64,000 nt of DNA, from positions 186,001-250,000 of the forward strand of contig NMRA01000101.1 of NCBI GenBank assembly GCA_002633005.1, written 5' to 3'. The stretch is from Phoronis australis. Its lineage: Eukaryota > Animalia > Phoronida. The notes below the pieces were generated by a model, which saw only the letters and a program-made list of their open reading frames with translations, did not search any database and was not told the origin of the DNA. This document shows positions 11,978 to 25,800 of the stretch, one piece after another (position 1 is the first letter of the stretch; each line of letters opens with the position of its first letter). Both the position numbers and the translations under genes were made by a program.

Positions 11978-14900
11978 GTAAGTTTAGCGAAACATGTTCG
12001 GTTGATTTGCAATATACCGTAAGCAAACAGATGGTTACACTTGGTATTTTTGAAAGTATTCAAGAAAACTTCTCTAACTTGCAAATTTGGGTATATTAGA
12101 GAATACGGCAGTAGAAATTGGCGAGAATTGTGGACTTTGTGCGTGGTTCGTTATTGTACTCCTCAGCTCATCACTATTTTACTCTATTTCATCTTATTTA
12201 TTCATCAAACTGTACATATTAACTAATTTTATACTAATTTATTTTATTTATTATCTTTTCAATCAAATTGTACATAGCTGTCTGTATTTTAGTTCATGTA
12301 ATTATTTTCGACTAGGCTCACTTGAAAATCAGTGTATTCACTGAAGTGGTCACCCAGTTTAAATAAGTTGTGACTGAGTTTGAAGTTGGGTATAGTACGC
12401 ATGAAGAAAACATTCAATATTATTTTTAACTTAGTATCTGTCACAAGAAAATCATGCCATTGTGGAAAATGGGGCTCACTCTGCTTGTGGTTACAGTGTA
12501 AATTTATGTGTAGCCTTAGAAAATGTCCAAATTTGGCTACCTTCGGAACATTGTTTCTCAGAAATGGCTTATTGAAATTTTCCGTATTCTACTTTATGCA
12601 AAACGTTATCAGGAAATAGTTTTGAAATGCCAAACTTTGGGTTGAGTGGCAATCAAAAGTTGTATAAAACGAAATTAAAGGGTACTTTAGAATTGTAGCA
12701 TCGTTTAGAGGTTTAAAGATGCTATGTCTCACTAAAACCGTAAATATTTAAATTTGTAACAATTGCTACCTAGTGACTTCCTGGAGAACTGTGTGCTAAA
12801 AAGAAACAATTTGTAAATAAATTGCGGTTTTAAAGAAACATCACAACTGATACTCTATAAAAAATGAATATATAAACCCCTAGTAATTACAAATATTACA
12901 CAATCGTTATTTGATAATTAAATAAACATAATAATAATAAAAACTGTGCCTTGTTTCATTAGGGCAATGATGAAATATTACCACACTCATTTACATAAAA
13001 CTAGTCCCGCAAAACGAGACTTTTGCGAGATTGTAATAGTTACTGGTTCTCGGATGATTTCCACCACACTGTAAATTAATAGTTCATTTACATATTCACA
13101 ATTTAATGAGACTATAGGCCCTTTCATATTGACTTAACTCCGGTCTGAGCGAAGCGTCGACGTAAACAGCGCAGTTAACTGGACCGTTCATACTGGCTTC
13201 GGTAGTTAATGACCATCGAAGTAAAGGGTTGGTGACCCTGACGTCATCGAAGTTATCGCAAGGTAGCGCTGCACACTAAGATTTTTTTCAATGTGACAAT
13301 TTGGAACATTTAAATGTGCTAAATGACATAAAACTCATTTTTAAATCGATTGATTATCATTAAACCCAAAAATAAGTAGTTATTAGTGACGGCACTACTC
13401 TGTAACTGTTGATGATAACAGTGGCACCTGGCGATAACTTCGATTGGACCGGAGTTAAGCGTTCATACTGCACCGCAGCGTCGACGCTGCGGTCTTAAAT
13501 CCACCTATTAACTGCGATGTTAACTGGAGCTCTTAACTGCGATCCAGGACCGGAGTTAAGCGTTCATACTGACCGCAACTCCCCAAACCATCGACGCGTC
13601 GACGTTAGTATGAAAGGCCCTTNNNNNNNNNNNNNNNNNNNNNNNNNNNNNNNNNNNNNNNNNNNNNNNNNNNNNNNNNNNNNNNNNNNNNNNNNNNNNN
13701 NNNNNNNNNNNNNNNNNNNNNNNNNNNNNNNNNNNNNNNNNNNNNNNNNNNNNNNNNNNNNNNNNGAAAATATTAATGTAGTTGAATTACACGATATTGC
13801 ATTGCATTCTGAAGATGTGTCAATGCCACCCGAAAATATTAATGTAGTTGAATTACACGATATTGCATTACATTCTGAAGATGTGTCAATGCCACCCGAA
13901 AATATTAATGTAGTTGAATTACACGATATTGCATTGCATTCTGAAGATGTGCCAATGCCACCCGAAAATATTAATGTAGTTGAATTACACGATATTGCAT
14001 TGCATTCTGAAGATGTGCCAATGCCACCCATAAATATTAATGTAGTTGAATTACACGATAATACATTGCATTCTGAAGATGTGTCAATGCCTCGCAAACG
14101 TCAGCATGTGTCAAAGTATTTTCCAGCTTGTTATCTGGCGGAACAGAAAGTGGTCGCCGTATTTGGTCCCACGTCTGCCGTCAGCTCCGCCCAGGTGCTC
14201 TCCATGTGCGAGTCGCTGGAACTCCCACACATCCAGGCGCGCCAGCCGGCGTCGGGGTCTCAAGCTGTTTATTCTGTCAATCTCTTCCCAAATCCATCCT
14301 CCATTGGCAATAGCTTGGTCGACTTAATAAAGCATTATAAGTGGCGCCAGTTTACGATGCTCTACGAGGAAAACCTGGGTGAGTGAAACACAGATTGAAT
14401 GTGGCGCCCTCGTATCCAGGTCTGCGCCTAATCAGGCCTCTGTGCAACTACGTGAAGTCGCGCGTATATCCAAAGTTTGGCGCATGACCCTATGTGCAAA
14501 GCGTTAGAATAAAAACCAAAGGGCGAATTCTTGACATATGAGTTAACGTACTACTTGGAATGAATAAAAACTCACGAGTCAGCATTAACAATGTATGCCA
14601 GTGACGCACTTGTTCTGAAAAATGATTATTGACTGTTAGCAGGAACATTTCTTCGTGTAGTTAGCCACGTAATATCCACGCCAATGACAAACCACGGTCA
14701 TCGATTGTTAAACGCGGCGGCTGTAAGCCAGCATTCCGCAGAAGAAGCAAACTTTTGATTTAGACAACCTATCGCTATAAAATTGGCCTCAATTTGTTTT
14801 TTAACTCACATGAGAACTAATTCCAAAGAAGTGAAGGTTCGTTATTGGTTTCAAGACCATGCTCGGCGCATAAGATGACACGCCGTGACAGCATGTAGAG

Positions 14901-17900
14901 CCAGAGATCGTCTCCAATTTGACTAAGGAACAATTGGTGACTAATTCCATCAGCGTAGGTCGTCTAAGTCTAAAGTTGTTTTTTTGCGAGAGGAGGGGAG
15001 TTTATAAGTGTTTTAGATACGCACGAAATAAACTCTTTCTTCTGAGCCCAGTCTCAAACTCAATTACTACAGAAGATCTATACGCCCATGCGCTAATATA
15101 AATGTTGTGTCTTCTGTTGAAGCAATGAGCTAAATACAATCTGTAGCTCATTGACCTAAGCATAGAAATCTATGAATGGAAATACAAACGTCGACTAACA
15201 CGCGGTTGAGGTTTCGCCGCGCATGCGTGTGAGTTGTTTGGATTCGCTTGTTTCGGTTTTGCTTATTGCCATGGAACATAGGGCTTAAAATGGAATTTTT
15301 GTTTAGTAAAAACGTGGTATGAACATTGTGTAGTTGCCCTAGAACCTTGTTTAGTGTAAAGTTTTCTTTTGGAAATTTATTATAATGTGGTTTAAACTTT
15401 TTTCATTATTCAAGATGGCGACATTTACCATCTTGAATTTCGCCCCAATGATGTATTAAACATGATGACTTATTGCATCCTGCAATGTATCGTTTCTGAT
15501 GAGACGTATAGTCTATGTCTGCTATTATTTTGTGGACGCAAGGTCAAACTCAAGGTCAACTGAGAGGGCAAACATCAAGTAGAAGTGAAATAGAAAAATC
15601 CACTTCTTTTGGCAGACGAAATAAAAAAATGTATGGCAAATGCCAAACCAACATCTTTTGATATCTTCTGTGAACACATAAAGTTAAGGATAAGGGATCT
15701 CTAAATACTGGAATTAGATATCCTCCCAAAATCTCAATAACCGAAGTCACAGTATTTCGTGTTCTTTGTGAGTACGTAGTCCGTACAGATTATATTCAAA
15801 TACAGCGCGTGACAGTAGTTTGCGTGTGTTACATCCAGTACCATGACTACATTCTTGTTAAGTTAATTGTAAATTAAAAGTCCAATACTGGACCATGTCC
15901 TTACCAAATGAAGCTGCAATATTGAGTGTCCCGCGTAAATATTGAAGTTAGCATATAAAGTGTCAGTGCATTCATGTCTTGTTTTGCTGTTGAGTTATTG
16001 CAATCAACTTCAATCGATATTAGAAATATTAAGGGAATTAACCTTTCTGAATTTAGATTTGTACACCAGTAACTTTAGTGTACAAGTATTAATGACAGGT
16101 AGATACCTAGTCGTCATTCACCCCTTATTGTCTTTCATCATCGTCATCAGCGTTTAAATACAGAGGAACGTCACTGCCTCTCATTTGTATCTACATGTGT
16201 AGGACAGGCCAGCACTGTAGCAACTGCAGCATCTGTCGATGCATGCCTCTTTTGCAGGTCCAACTGACTACGTCAAGTAGAGCTTTGTTTGCTGTTGAAA
16301 GCCAATATTACTACAGAGTTGTCTAATTTCCAGCCAAAGTTGGCATTATATTCTTTTTGATGGTGGTCAGCTGTCTTCCATACCAACGCCGGCTGTTTGT
16401 ATGTTCAGAACACCTGCAAGTGGACGTTGGCACTGAGCACTTAACCCGCCAGTGTTATAACTGAGGATTTTGACGGTGTTGTCGCCTTCTTCCCCCGCTT
16501 TCAATGTACACCTATAAAGTGTGACAACTGCTTCAGCACGGATAATTACACAATGGCCCTCTTTGACAAGTTCGATGTTGCGAACTGGGCCCAGTTGCAT
16601 AAAAGTTATACGCCGTATAACAAGAATGACATCGCATTATCACGTGTCACGTTGGTATTGTTGAAATGCACGTGACGTCATGCAACAATCAAATGTATCC
16701 AGCGGATAACTTTTGAAGCTTTATGTAACTCAGCCCTGGTGCAGGAGCTGGTCAATATGAATCAACAACACATTAGTAGCAGAATGATTCGTGACAGAGA
16801 CATTGAGAGATTTGACCAAAATAGCCAAATAGTCACCCGTCTTCATACTGCTGTATTGGTCGATCAGGGGTGGACTAGAGTCGATCAGCTCGAACGCCAT
16901 CGACTATGTGTCAATGTTACGATGCTGTCCTATGACTAACGGGCAATTGAACAGTCTCTCAAGTCACAGATGGCCTTCCACTTGTAAGGGACAGGCTTCT
17001 TTTTTGACTGTTTTAAGAAAATGTCTTGACGTGCTTAGTGAATAAAAATAGCGAACGAGAGGAAAAACTAAACACCAGAAGGATGTTAATAAATAAACAA
17101 AATAGATATATCCATCTATTCGGCAGTCTGTGTCGTGCCGCTCGAAACGTGGGGAATATTTTAATAATATTTTAGTACCGACGCTCGTCGTTTTACTTTT
17201 ATTATTTTAGAAGGATGTTTGGCCGTTTTGACCTTTGAAGTCTAGCTTGATCTTGAAAATGATCCTGCACCAACATACTGATATCAGGAATGGGATCCAC
17301 ATCACAGAAAATTATATAAACGATATTTTGCATGACCCTATAAGTCATCAAGTTGGAAATAAAGAAAGTAAGCCGAAATTCAAAATAGCGACATCCGCCA
17401 TCTTGAATTGCAAAAATTGCTCAAGGTTCCAAGTGCAACCAAGCTAATTTTGTTCTCCTGATCGTATTTAATATATTTCAACAAAAGACTTTAGAGAAAT
17501 CAAAACTCCAAGGTTCACTATGGGAGTTATTGGGCTGGCAATTAGACTATTAAGGCAGTTATCATCGAAAACGTCTTCACAACAAATTTCATCTATGTTT
17601 TCGGAATATTTTGCGGTCTAATGACTCCAAACTTTGTCAAACGGAGGATCATCTGCATGTTTCTCTCAAAACGCACATCATTTCCTAGACTAATTATAAA
17701 AACACATTACCGGTACGTATGTCTCCATTATACAGAAGACATAACTGTAAAATGCATCTCATCTTCATTATACATGCACTGACAAATTCCCTAATAATAC
17801 CACGATATCTAACGAAGTGGTCTGAATCAAAAATTAGTATTTTTGTCGGAAGACGGGTTCAGTGCATCTTTAAACGAAATAAACGAAGCGCTGAAAGTTT

Positions 17901-20900
17901 ATCTTCTCAACGTCAACAGTATTGCTGTACCTCGTGCAATGATCCTGCCGCAACTAACAGACCCTTTGGTTTTTAGGTTACTTGGACTCGGTGATCACAA
18001 TGCCAGACATCGACGATTATAAAATCGTTATCAGAAAACTTCATAAAAAGAACGGCAGTTACCTTTCTCTGTTGAAACAGTTAAAACTGAATAACCACCA
18101 CAACATTCTGGTGCATGCTAGTTTCAAGGCTACAGCTGATCTTTTAGAGCAGGTATGTAGAACGGCGTTATTGAGACAACAGTGCACCGTATTTTATAAG
18201 TATAGCTTCATTGATGACGATAGTGGTTATGATGTTGGTGGTTATAGTGGTGCACGCAAGCTGAGGATTTCATAATTAGAATCATAACACATGTAATATT
18301 CTACAAGTGTCAAATTACCCCGTCGTTGGCAATGAATGAAGAAAGAGGTCACGTACGGCGCTCATTTCTTTTGTAGATTCAGTTGCAGTGCATGCACGGC
18401 GAGAAGTATCACTACATATTTACATCGTTGGTATGTATCTTAATTTATTTGAAGCTCTTGCCGGTAAAACGCAATCGTTTATGCTCTCGAACATCTGATT
18501 CTCTTATGGTCTTAAGTTAACCATTACACAAACACACATCCGCACACACGCACGCACTACCTTCCCCTCTCCCACACATATATAACCGCTCTGAAGTTTA
18601 GAAAACGAAGATAAATTGGATATGAAATTAACGATGTTTTTTAGGATCTTACCATTAACGACTTAAGCAAGTTCATGTATGGTGGAGCAAACATTACGTC
18701 ACTGCGGCTAGTTGACACACTGTCCCCTAACGTACAGCACATCGTCAAAGAAATGAACAAAGAGGGAGAGAAGCCTTTGATGACGGTAATTATTGCGATT
18801 ACTCGTGTTTAGTACTTAATTATTTGTCATTGTGTTGTTTTGACAGACTGGTAAAAGGTGTGACATTTTGGCCTATGGTAAATGTATTTGTGTTTAAATA
18901 AAAAGTGAAAATCGACTCCCTATTATTCCGGTGTCACCCAATAAGTTAAAACAGAATTGTGTCGACACAGCTTCGCTATTAAACATCCCACGGTGACGTC
19001 ACAAAAATGCAAGGGATTGTTGTAAGAATAAAAATGCGTTCCGACTGCTCCGTTTTATCTAAGGTAGTAAGTCTGATCGTAGCTAAGACGGTCTTCTCTT
19101 ATTTTGTTTTTGTTGAACAATACATTAGCGTGGTTTATGAAGATGTTGCGTTGAGTTTGAACGTAGCAAAACGTGCCCCCTACCGTCTTAGCTACGACCA
19201 CTCGTGTTGACTTTGACAACACGGGCCACAGTTGTCAGTTGCACGACACAGTCCTAATAGGGATTCGACTAATACCCTTAAATTTTCCGTGCATTTGTGT
19301 ATTTGTCCTTTTTTCTGCTATCTTATAGTCAGGTTTTAGCTTCAATACATACCGAGAGTTAAGCATGAAAATAAAGAGAACCTTACATACGACCCTAATT
19401 TGAGGACTTAGGCATTTTCAGTGAAATAAGGGCTCAGTCTTACATACATTACGTTTAAAAATGTCATTAATGGAGAGGAGCTCTTAACAGAGATGAAGTC
19501 ATAGAAATGTATAGCACTAGTAACTCCTGACACTGAACCTCGCGAAAACGCAAGATCACGCGAGATGTCGCCATGTATTACAAGCGACGCATGCGATCAC
19601 AACAGTTGCACTTGTAGCCTTTTCGCAGTCCCGCAGGTTGCTGCAGGCGTTGTTTTAAGTACTACCAAATCGTTTTAGATGCTTGCTGCTATAGCTACAT
19701 TATCTGTGCATGCTGCTAGCAGAAAGTTTTCTTAGTTGTTCATAATACAATTGTTGCGGGGGTGCGAAAAGGCTGCGACTGCGACTTTTTGTAGACCAGC
19801 TCATTTGTGTATGAAAGTAGGGAAGAGTTCTGTAGACCCAAGACGTTATCCATGCACTTCCGCCAAACCAAAAATCTTCGCTTATGGCACGGAAGCATTG
19901 AATTTCATCCCGTATTTTATGAACTCTGCCCAACATTTTAACATTCCAACCTCACCGTCCAATCACTTCCGTTGCCGCCATTTTGCTAGGTTGCGCTAGT
20001 AAAGTCTGGAACATTCTCGCAAAACACTCGCCTTTAAATCGTGTGAGTTTGCGTGATACTTTTCTTGCTACAAAACGCATACAAGCTGTCTCCAGCTGTT
20101 GCACCCATTGTCTTGATAATGTCCATGTTGCAACAGGTTGCTAAAGTAACAATCTATTGTTATGTCGACAAATCGTAACCACCAACGAAAAACAAGTAAC
20201 TTGTTCATCCACGTGATAGAAACTGCGTAAAAGTTTTACATTTCTTTTTTCTCAAGTGGAAATTTTGAAATTTTATTAACAATTACCAAATTTCTGTTTT
20301 AATCTTCATTTCTTCGTTTGTATTTCTCAGGCATTGCGTTGCCTGAATCTGTAGCAGAACTGCGCACCCTGCCCACAACCTAATACGCTTATATTTTGTT
20401 GAAATTAGTGGAGGACACGTACTTCTCGGGTACACCGTTTCCTACGACTACCGGGGAGTGAATTTCAAAGTTTTTAGTTATAGGTGCAGAACATTTCAGA
20501 TGGAGCCTATACGCTTAAAACGGAAGGTGCCCCATAAAGCCCTCCACAAAACAACTGCCAGGCGTTGCAAGAACACATACCACGCGCAATAAAGTGTGGT
20601 GCCGAACTCTTACGACCACGACTGCAACTGTCGGCCAAAGGTGGTGTATTAGTCGCAAGAGTTCGACACCACATATAACATAGATACCCATAAACATAGT
20701 TTTTCCGGGTGCCAACTTCTGACGATTTTTACAACATGATCAACCATTTTGAACGGACAAATTCTTCAGACCTCGGCTGGAACTGTCTGTGACTAAATGG
20801 GGGTAAAGGTCCCCATGAATAACGTTGCTCAAACCGGCGACTGCCATGGACTCTCACAACATTGTTGTAGGCCTGGACTGGGCTCTAATCTTCGTGATCG

Positions 20901-22797
20901 GAATCGAACTCGAAATTATTTTTGATGTTCGTTGTACTTCTGTGCCAAATTTTAAGTCTTAAAAGAAATGTTTATATTATTCCGTCTTCGGATACATACA
21001 TTTTGAGCTCACAAAAGCACAACAGAAAATATCAAAAATAATGTCGATTAGTCGCGGATACTATGCTGAGGTATCCGTTTAGTCCCTGTGTCACGACATT
21101 TTGTTGAGACCGGCTCTTGTGACATGGGCTGTTAAGTGAAAGACAGAGAGATCTCGTTGTATAGCTTGCCGCCAAACCTAACATTAAAACCACTAGGAAT
21201 TGACGTTCCTGTTATTACGACCCATTTGTGTGTTTAAAACTGAAGAATCTATAGACACACGAACAACTATAACTCAATTTTGCCGTTATTTACTTAAAAG
21301 AAGAGAACCGACGATTTGGTAAGACTGCTGTTGTACTTGGATTCTGTATTTTGCATGAGCCAAGAATTGTGAAGGTTGTGGATCGTTGTGTGTCTTTCTC
21401 ATTTTGTCAAACGCTCTTCAGCTTGGTTCGTTTCTTACTGTATGCGTATGAGTATCACCTAATCTCGGTGTTCCTACAAAGGGGAATGCTTCGATGTGCT
21501 TTACCCTTTCGCATTTACGCCACACGTGACTTCCTGCTCTGAATGTCTTGTCTTCGTGTTTATTTCTTGGCTGTACTGTGGGCAAAATAAAGTAGCTTAA
21601 AAAGCAAATATTTGCGATAACCTAAGTTCCTTTTCCGTTTCATTTCATAATCGTTGGAGAGAAGTGGGTTAATACATGAAATGGCTTCTCTCAATACGTT
21701 TTAAATCTTCCACTCGAACAATTTTCTCCCAACTCTGATCTACAGCATTAATTTTTATTGAAGCTTCGTTTGGTATAGTTACACTCGTTTGTAGATAATT
21801 TACTGGAAAATAATTACTACTACTTAAAGGGACATTCTCGACAAGACACCTAGCTTTGCAGAAATTAGCACAAGTACCATGGAATCGAACCAACTAACCT
21901 TTCAGGAGTACCCTAACGCTTTACCATTGGGCCAAATCCCACGTTCAAAACAACAGTTTTTTCAAACTTAATGGTGAGGACAACGGCGAGAGTTGGTAAT
22001 TTGTAACAAAGTCACAAAAAACGACGGATTTTGTTCTTTTGTAGCTCTTCTCAAATTAAATAACTTCAAGAAGTCTGTCTCATCCAACAATAATCCAAAG
22101 ATTTTGCTTTTTGATCACAAAAACGATTATGTCCCTTTAAACTAAGAGAAAACTAAAGAAGTGCAAATTTTCAACAAAATTCCACGTTTTCATAACGAGT
22201 CGTGTTCCTACTCATTTCTCTTAGATTCTCATTTTTTATCGCTCGGCTTAACCAGTTGGTAACGATACATACCTTCATTTCATTCTACCACTGCTCTTTC
22301 AAGAAAAGTCATGTTAAAACTGTTGATAGGATGTATATTTTGTACTGATTTTAGAGCGACGTCAATATCTGCGAATGCGTTATAACAAATAGCACTGATT
22401 TGGGTTTGGATTGCTTTTTCAGACTGAGGCCGCGTTGACCTATGACGCGGTGACCTTATTAGCGCTGGCTTTAGATCGTCTCGATAAGTTGCCAAGTGTC
22501 TTTGAACCAACAACTTTGGCCTGCAACGGAGGTGGAAACTGGAATGATGGCTATAGTCTCATCAACTACATGAAAACGGTGAGAAGTGATTATTTTAAGA
22601 ACTTGTGGAAGTTTCTTAATAACTTTTTGTTAACATAGAAAAAATCAGCCCCACAGTCAGGACATTCGTTTGATGAATTCTCCAATTATTTTTGAACTCT
22701 TCCCAAGATCATTTTCAAATTCAACTACGTATCTGAAGATATTGTTTTGAAAGATTCTAGATATTCTCAAGTCGTCCCTCTCCCTCTCCCCCTCCCT

Positions 22798-22878
<81 letters not shown>

Positions 22879-25800
22879 CGTCTCGCAGTTTTATGTTGAC
22901 CCTTGTTACCACTTGGAAGATGTCGTTTACCAAATTGACTTTTATTTGACAGACAACTTTTCAAGGCCTCAGTGGCGTCATACAATACGACCATACTGGT
23001 TCTCGAAAGAACATCAGCTTAGACATTATGGAGATGACTATCAACGGAATGGAAAAGGTTGGTAGACCTCGTTTGATTTCACAAGTTTTATGAGAAATTT
23101 TCACGAAGTTCCAAATTATCTCTCACACAAAGTTTTACAGCACTTCGCCGAATAAAGAATCCGTTGTCATGCCTGTTGAATTTTCTTTATTAAGCACGCA
23201 GTACTGCCGTGGAACATTAAAGATATTAACATGCTGTATTTCAAAACTTGAATTTTTGTTCTACGGAAAAATCAAACACAACAGCATCGCGTCCGTGACG
23301 ATCTCATATACATGTACGTTTTCATCGTCAAAACATTCACACTTGCCTTTGAAACACTTAAACGTTCTAACATGGTCTCAAGATCATTTCAAAAGAATGT
23401 TATCGGTGTAGGCTGAGGGATTCTTTGTTACATTTAGACTGGTGTATGGTATAACAACGGCGGACTGCAGTTCCTGGAAGGGTACAAACCCGACGATAAG
23501 GACAAAGAAAGGAAGTTTGCTGCTATGCAAAATCGAACACTGCGAGTAACTACCATACTGGTAAGCTTATTTGTCTGCTGTCTAATTGTAAGAAAACTGA
23601 AAAGTCAATCCAAAAGCAAAGTGCATAAATGTGACACAGGTCAAAAACAGAATTCTTCAACAAATTACTAAACAAATAATTGTGCAACTTGTTCTTAAAC
23701 TCTGAATGCAGTTTAGGAACTATAGTGGCACTTTTGCGCCTACGGAAAATTCATCATATGGCGCACATACCTCGCATATGGCGCACATACCCCGCATACG
23801 CCATTCTAGACCCTTATGGTCCCTTGTGGATTCGGATTTGTTTTTTCTTCGTTGCTCCACCACGACGGGCGGGTGAACAGAAAGCCCATCTCAATACGTC
23901 TCCTTATTATCATGAGAGATACGACTTCATGTCATGATGAGGTAATGCTAGTGGTGTGTCCACATGGGGTGGGCTAAAAACATAGGTCAATTATCCGTCC
24001 AACCCGGTCGTCATTACCCCTCCCCCCATTGTGCCCTAAATCTTTTACTTACACTTCCCTTGACGTCATGGTACTAACCTGATACTGCACAGCGGGAATT
24101 CGCCTGAGACCCCACGCTCGTTTTCCAAGTACGACCGTTGGGCGGGGTTATGTAACAGAAGGACGATTTTGTTCTCCCTTCTGCTGATCAGTATGGATAC
24201 CCGCAAGCGGTTTATGATAAGACAGTCACTCCCCATCGCCAGAAGTTGTGTCTCTGATTATTAGTATTCACACGACTACGAAGTATGTTTTACTTCTTTG
24301 CGAAGACAACCTCTGAGGCCTTCTTTTCCTTACTGGGTAGACAGAATTGATAATTCAGTAATGTAGTAATCGATTTAAAAAAGGCGCAAGATCGTGTTAT
24401 TTCAGTTGCACACGATTGTATTTTTTTAATGCCATTATAACCTTATCATAATTTTGTTTAATATTATTGGTTTGTTATTTAAATAGCGCATAACGGAAAC
24501 TATGCGCTTTGTAGTGCATACAGAGCTCAATCAAAATTTATTAGTTGTTAAACAGTGAAACCTGGCTTGCGTTCAGAAACCCCAGGACCTACGCTAGTAC
24601 CTAGCTAAAATCTAGCCAAAGTCACGTGTTCTCATTTGAAGTATACGGCAATATCTCACGTAATCTCGCTAAGTCTTGCTTTTTAGCGACGTCCCAGGGT
24701 CACTGAACGGAAGGCTGGAGACACCAGGCGGAATAAAAATTTAGCTTAAGGCGGGTTCTGCTTTAAGAGTCAGTTTTACAACCAGTTCACCCAAATAAGG
24801 ATTGTATATGAAGTTTTATTTGTAGTATTACCGTGAATCATTCATTAGATTGGTATGTAACTTACAATGGTTGTGATTACACCGTAGAAATATCAAAGGA
24901 CTAACTTGTTTTGTAAAGTTGGACCTTTTTCCAGGAACCGCCTTTCGTCATGATACGTGACAAAGATGACAACACCGACCCTGCCAAAGGAAGTGGCCGT
25001 TTCTATGGCTACTGCATCGACCTAATAGACATCATATCGAAAAACCTGAATTTCCATTATGAAGTGCATATTGTCAAAGACGCCGAGTTTGGCGTCCCTA
25101 TCGGCGACACTGGTCGTTGGACGGGCATGGTCGGAGAACTGCTTACAGACGTAAGTGATGGTATTAGCAAAATGTGTCAAAAGTCATATCTCGAAAAAAC
25201 ATTAATTTTAATGAATTATGTTTTTGTGTTTTACAAAGTAGAAAACTACAGGCTCAACATCAACGGGTTATAGAGGATCTCTGTTTGTTTTCAACCATGA
25301 AATGCCACTGAAAATTAACCTCCTTTTTACAACCATAAAGAAGATTAGCAAACATGTCATATGCTGAATTGTTGTTTAGGCAATTACTTTCGGTGTACTA
25401 CTCGCCATAATTCATTGCAATGTGAAAATTAAACAATTAAAAAATAATTTGACCCCTCTAAACCAAAAGTTGCAAAATAGCGCATTCCAGAAATCAATTC
25501 AATATAGTCCGTAAGAATCCCTTCTGAATCAGTTTTGCGAAATACTGAAATCAATGTTTATGTCTTCATAGTTCTCAAGTGTTTTTTCTTTTTAACTAAG
25601 GTAATTTGCATAATGTTTTTTGAATAGTAGCATTATGCAAATGTTCAATTGTTAGGCATTGAGAATATATGACTCCATGTGATAGTCCTTAGCAAGTTGG
25701 AATCGATGAGGGATGCGAACAATCATTTGATTGGTAATGAGTATAAGCGGGCTTCGCGTGTTAGAAAATGAGCGTTTTCGGGCAATTGGTCGAATTGCAA

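Noticed and set aside
13517-14126. N-terminal part of the 289-aa ORF as real receptor sequence
   Set aside because: It is MITE, gap and minisatellite; a good acceptor at 14126 sits at the conserved GRIK exon boundary
15490-15520. CTGATGA followed by a small stem as a hammerhead ribozyme
   Set aside because: No GAAA after the stem; it lies within the TIR of the decayed element
22767-22994. ORF with an RERERE run
   Set aside because: Translation of the (CT)n microsatellite
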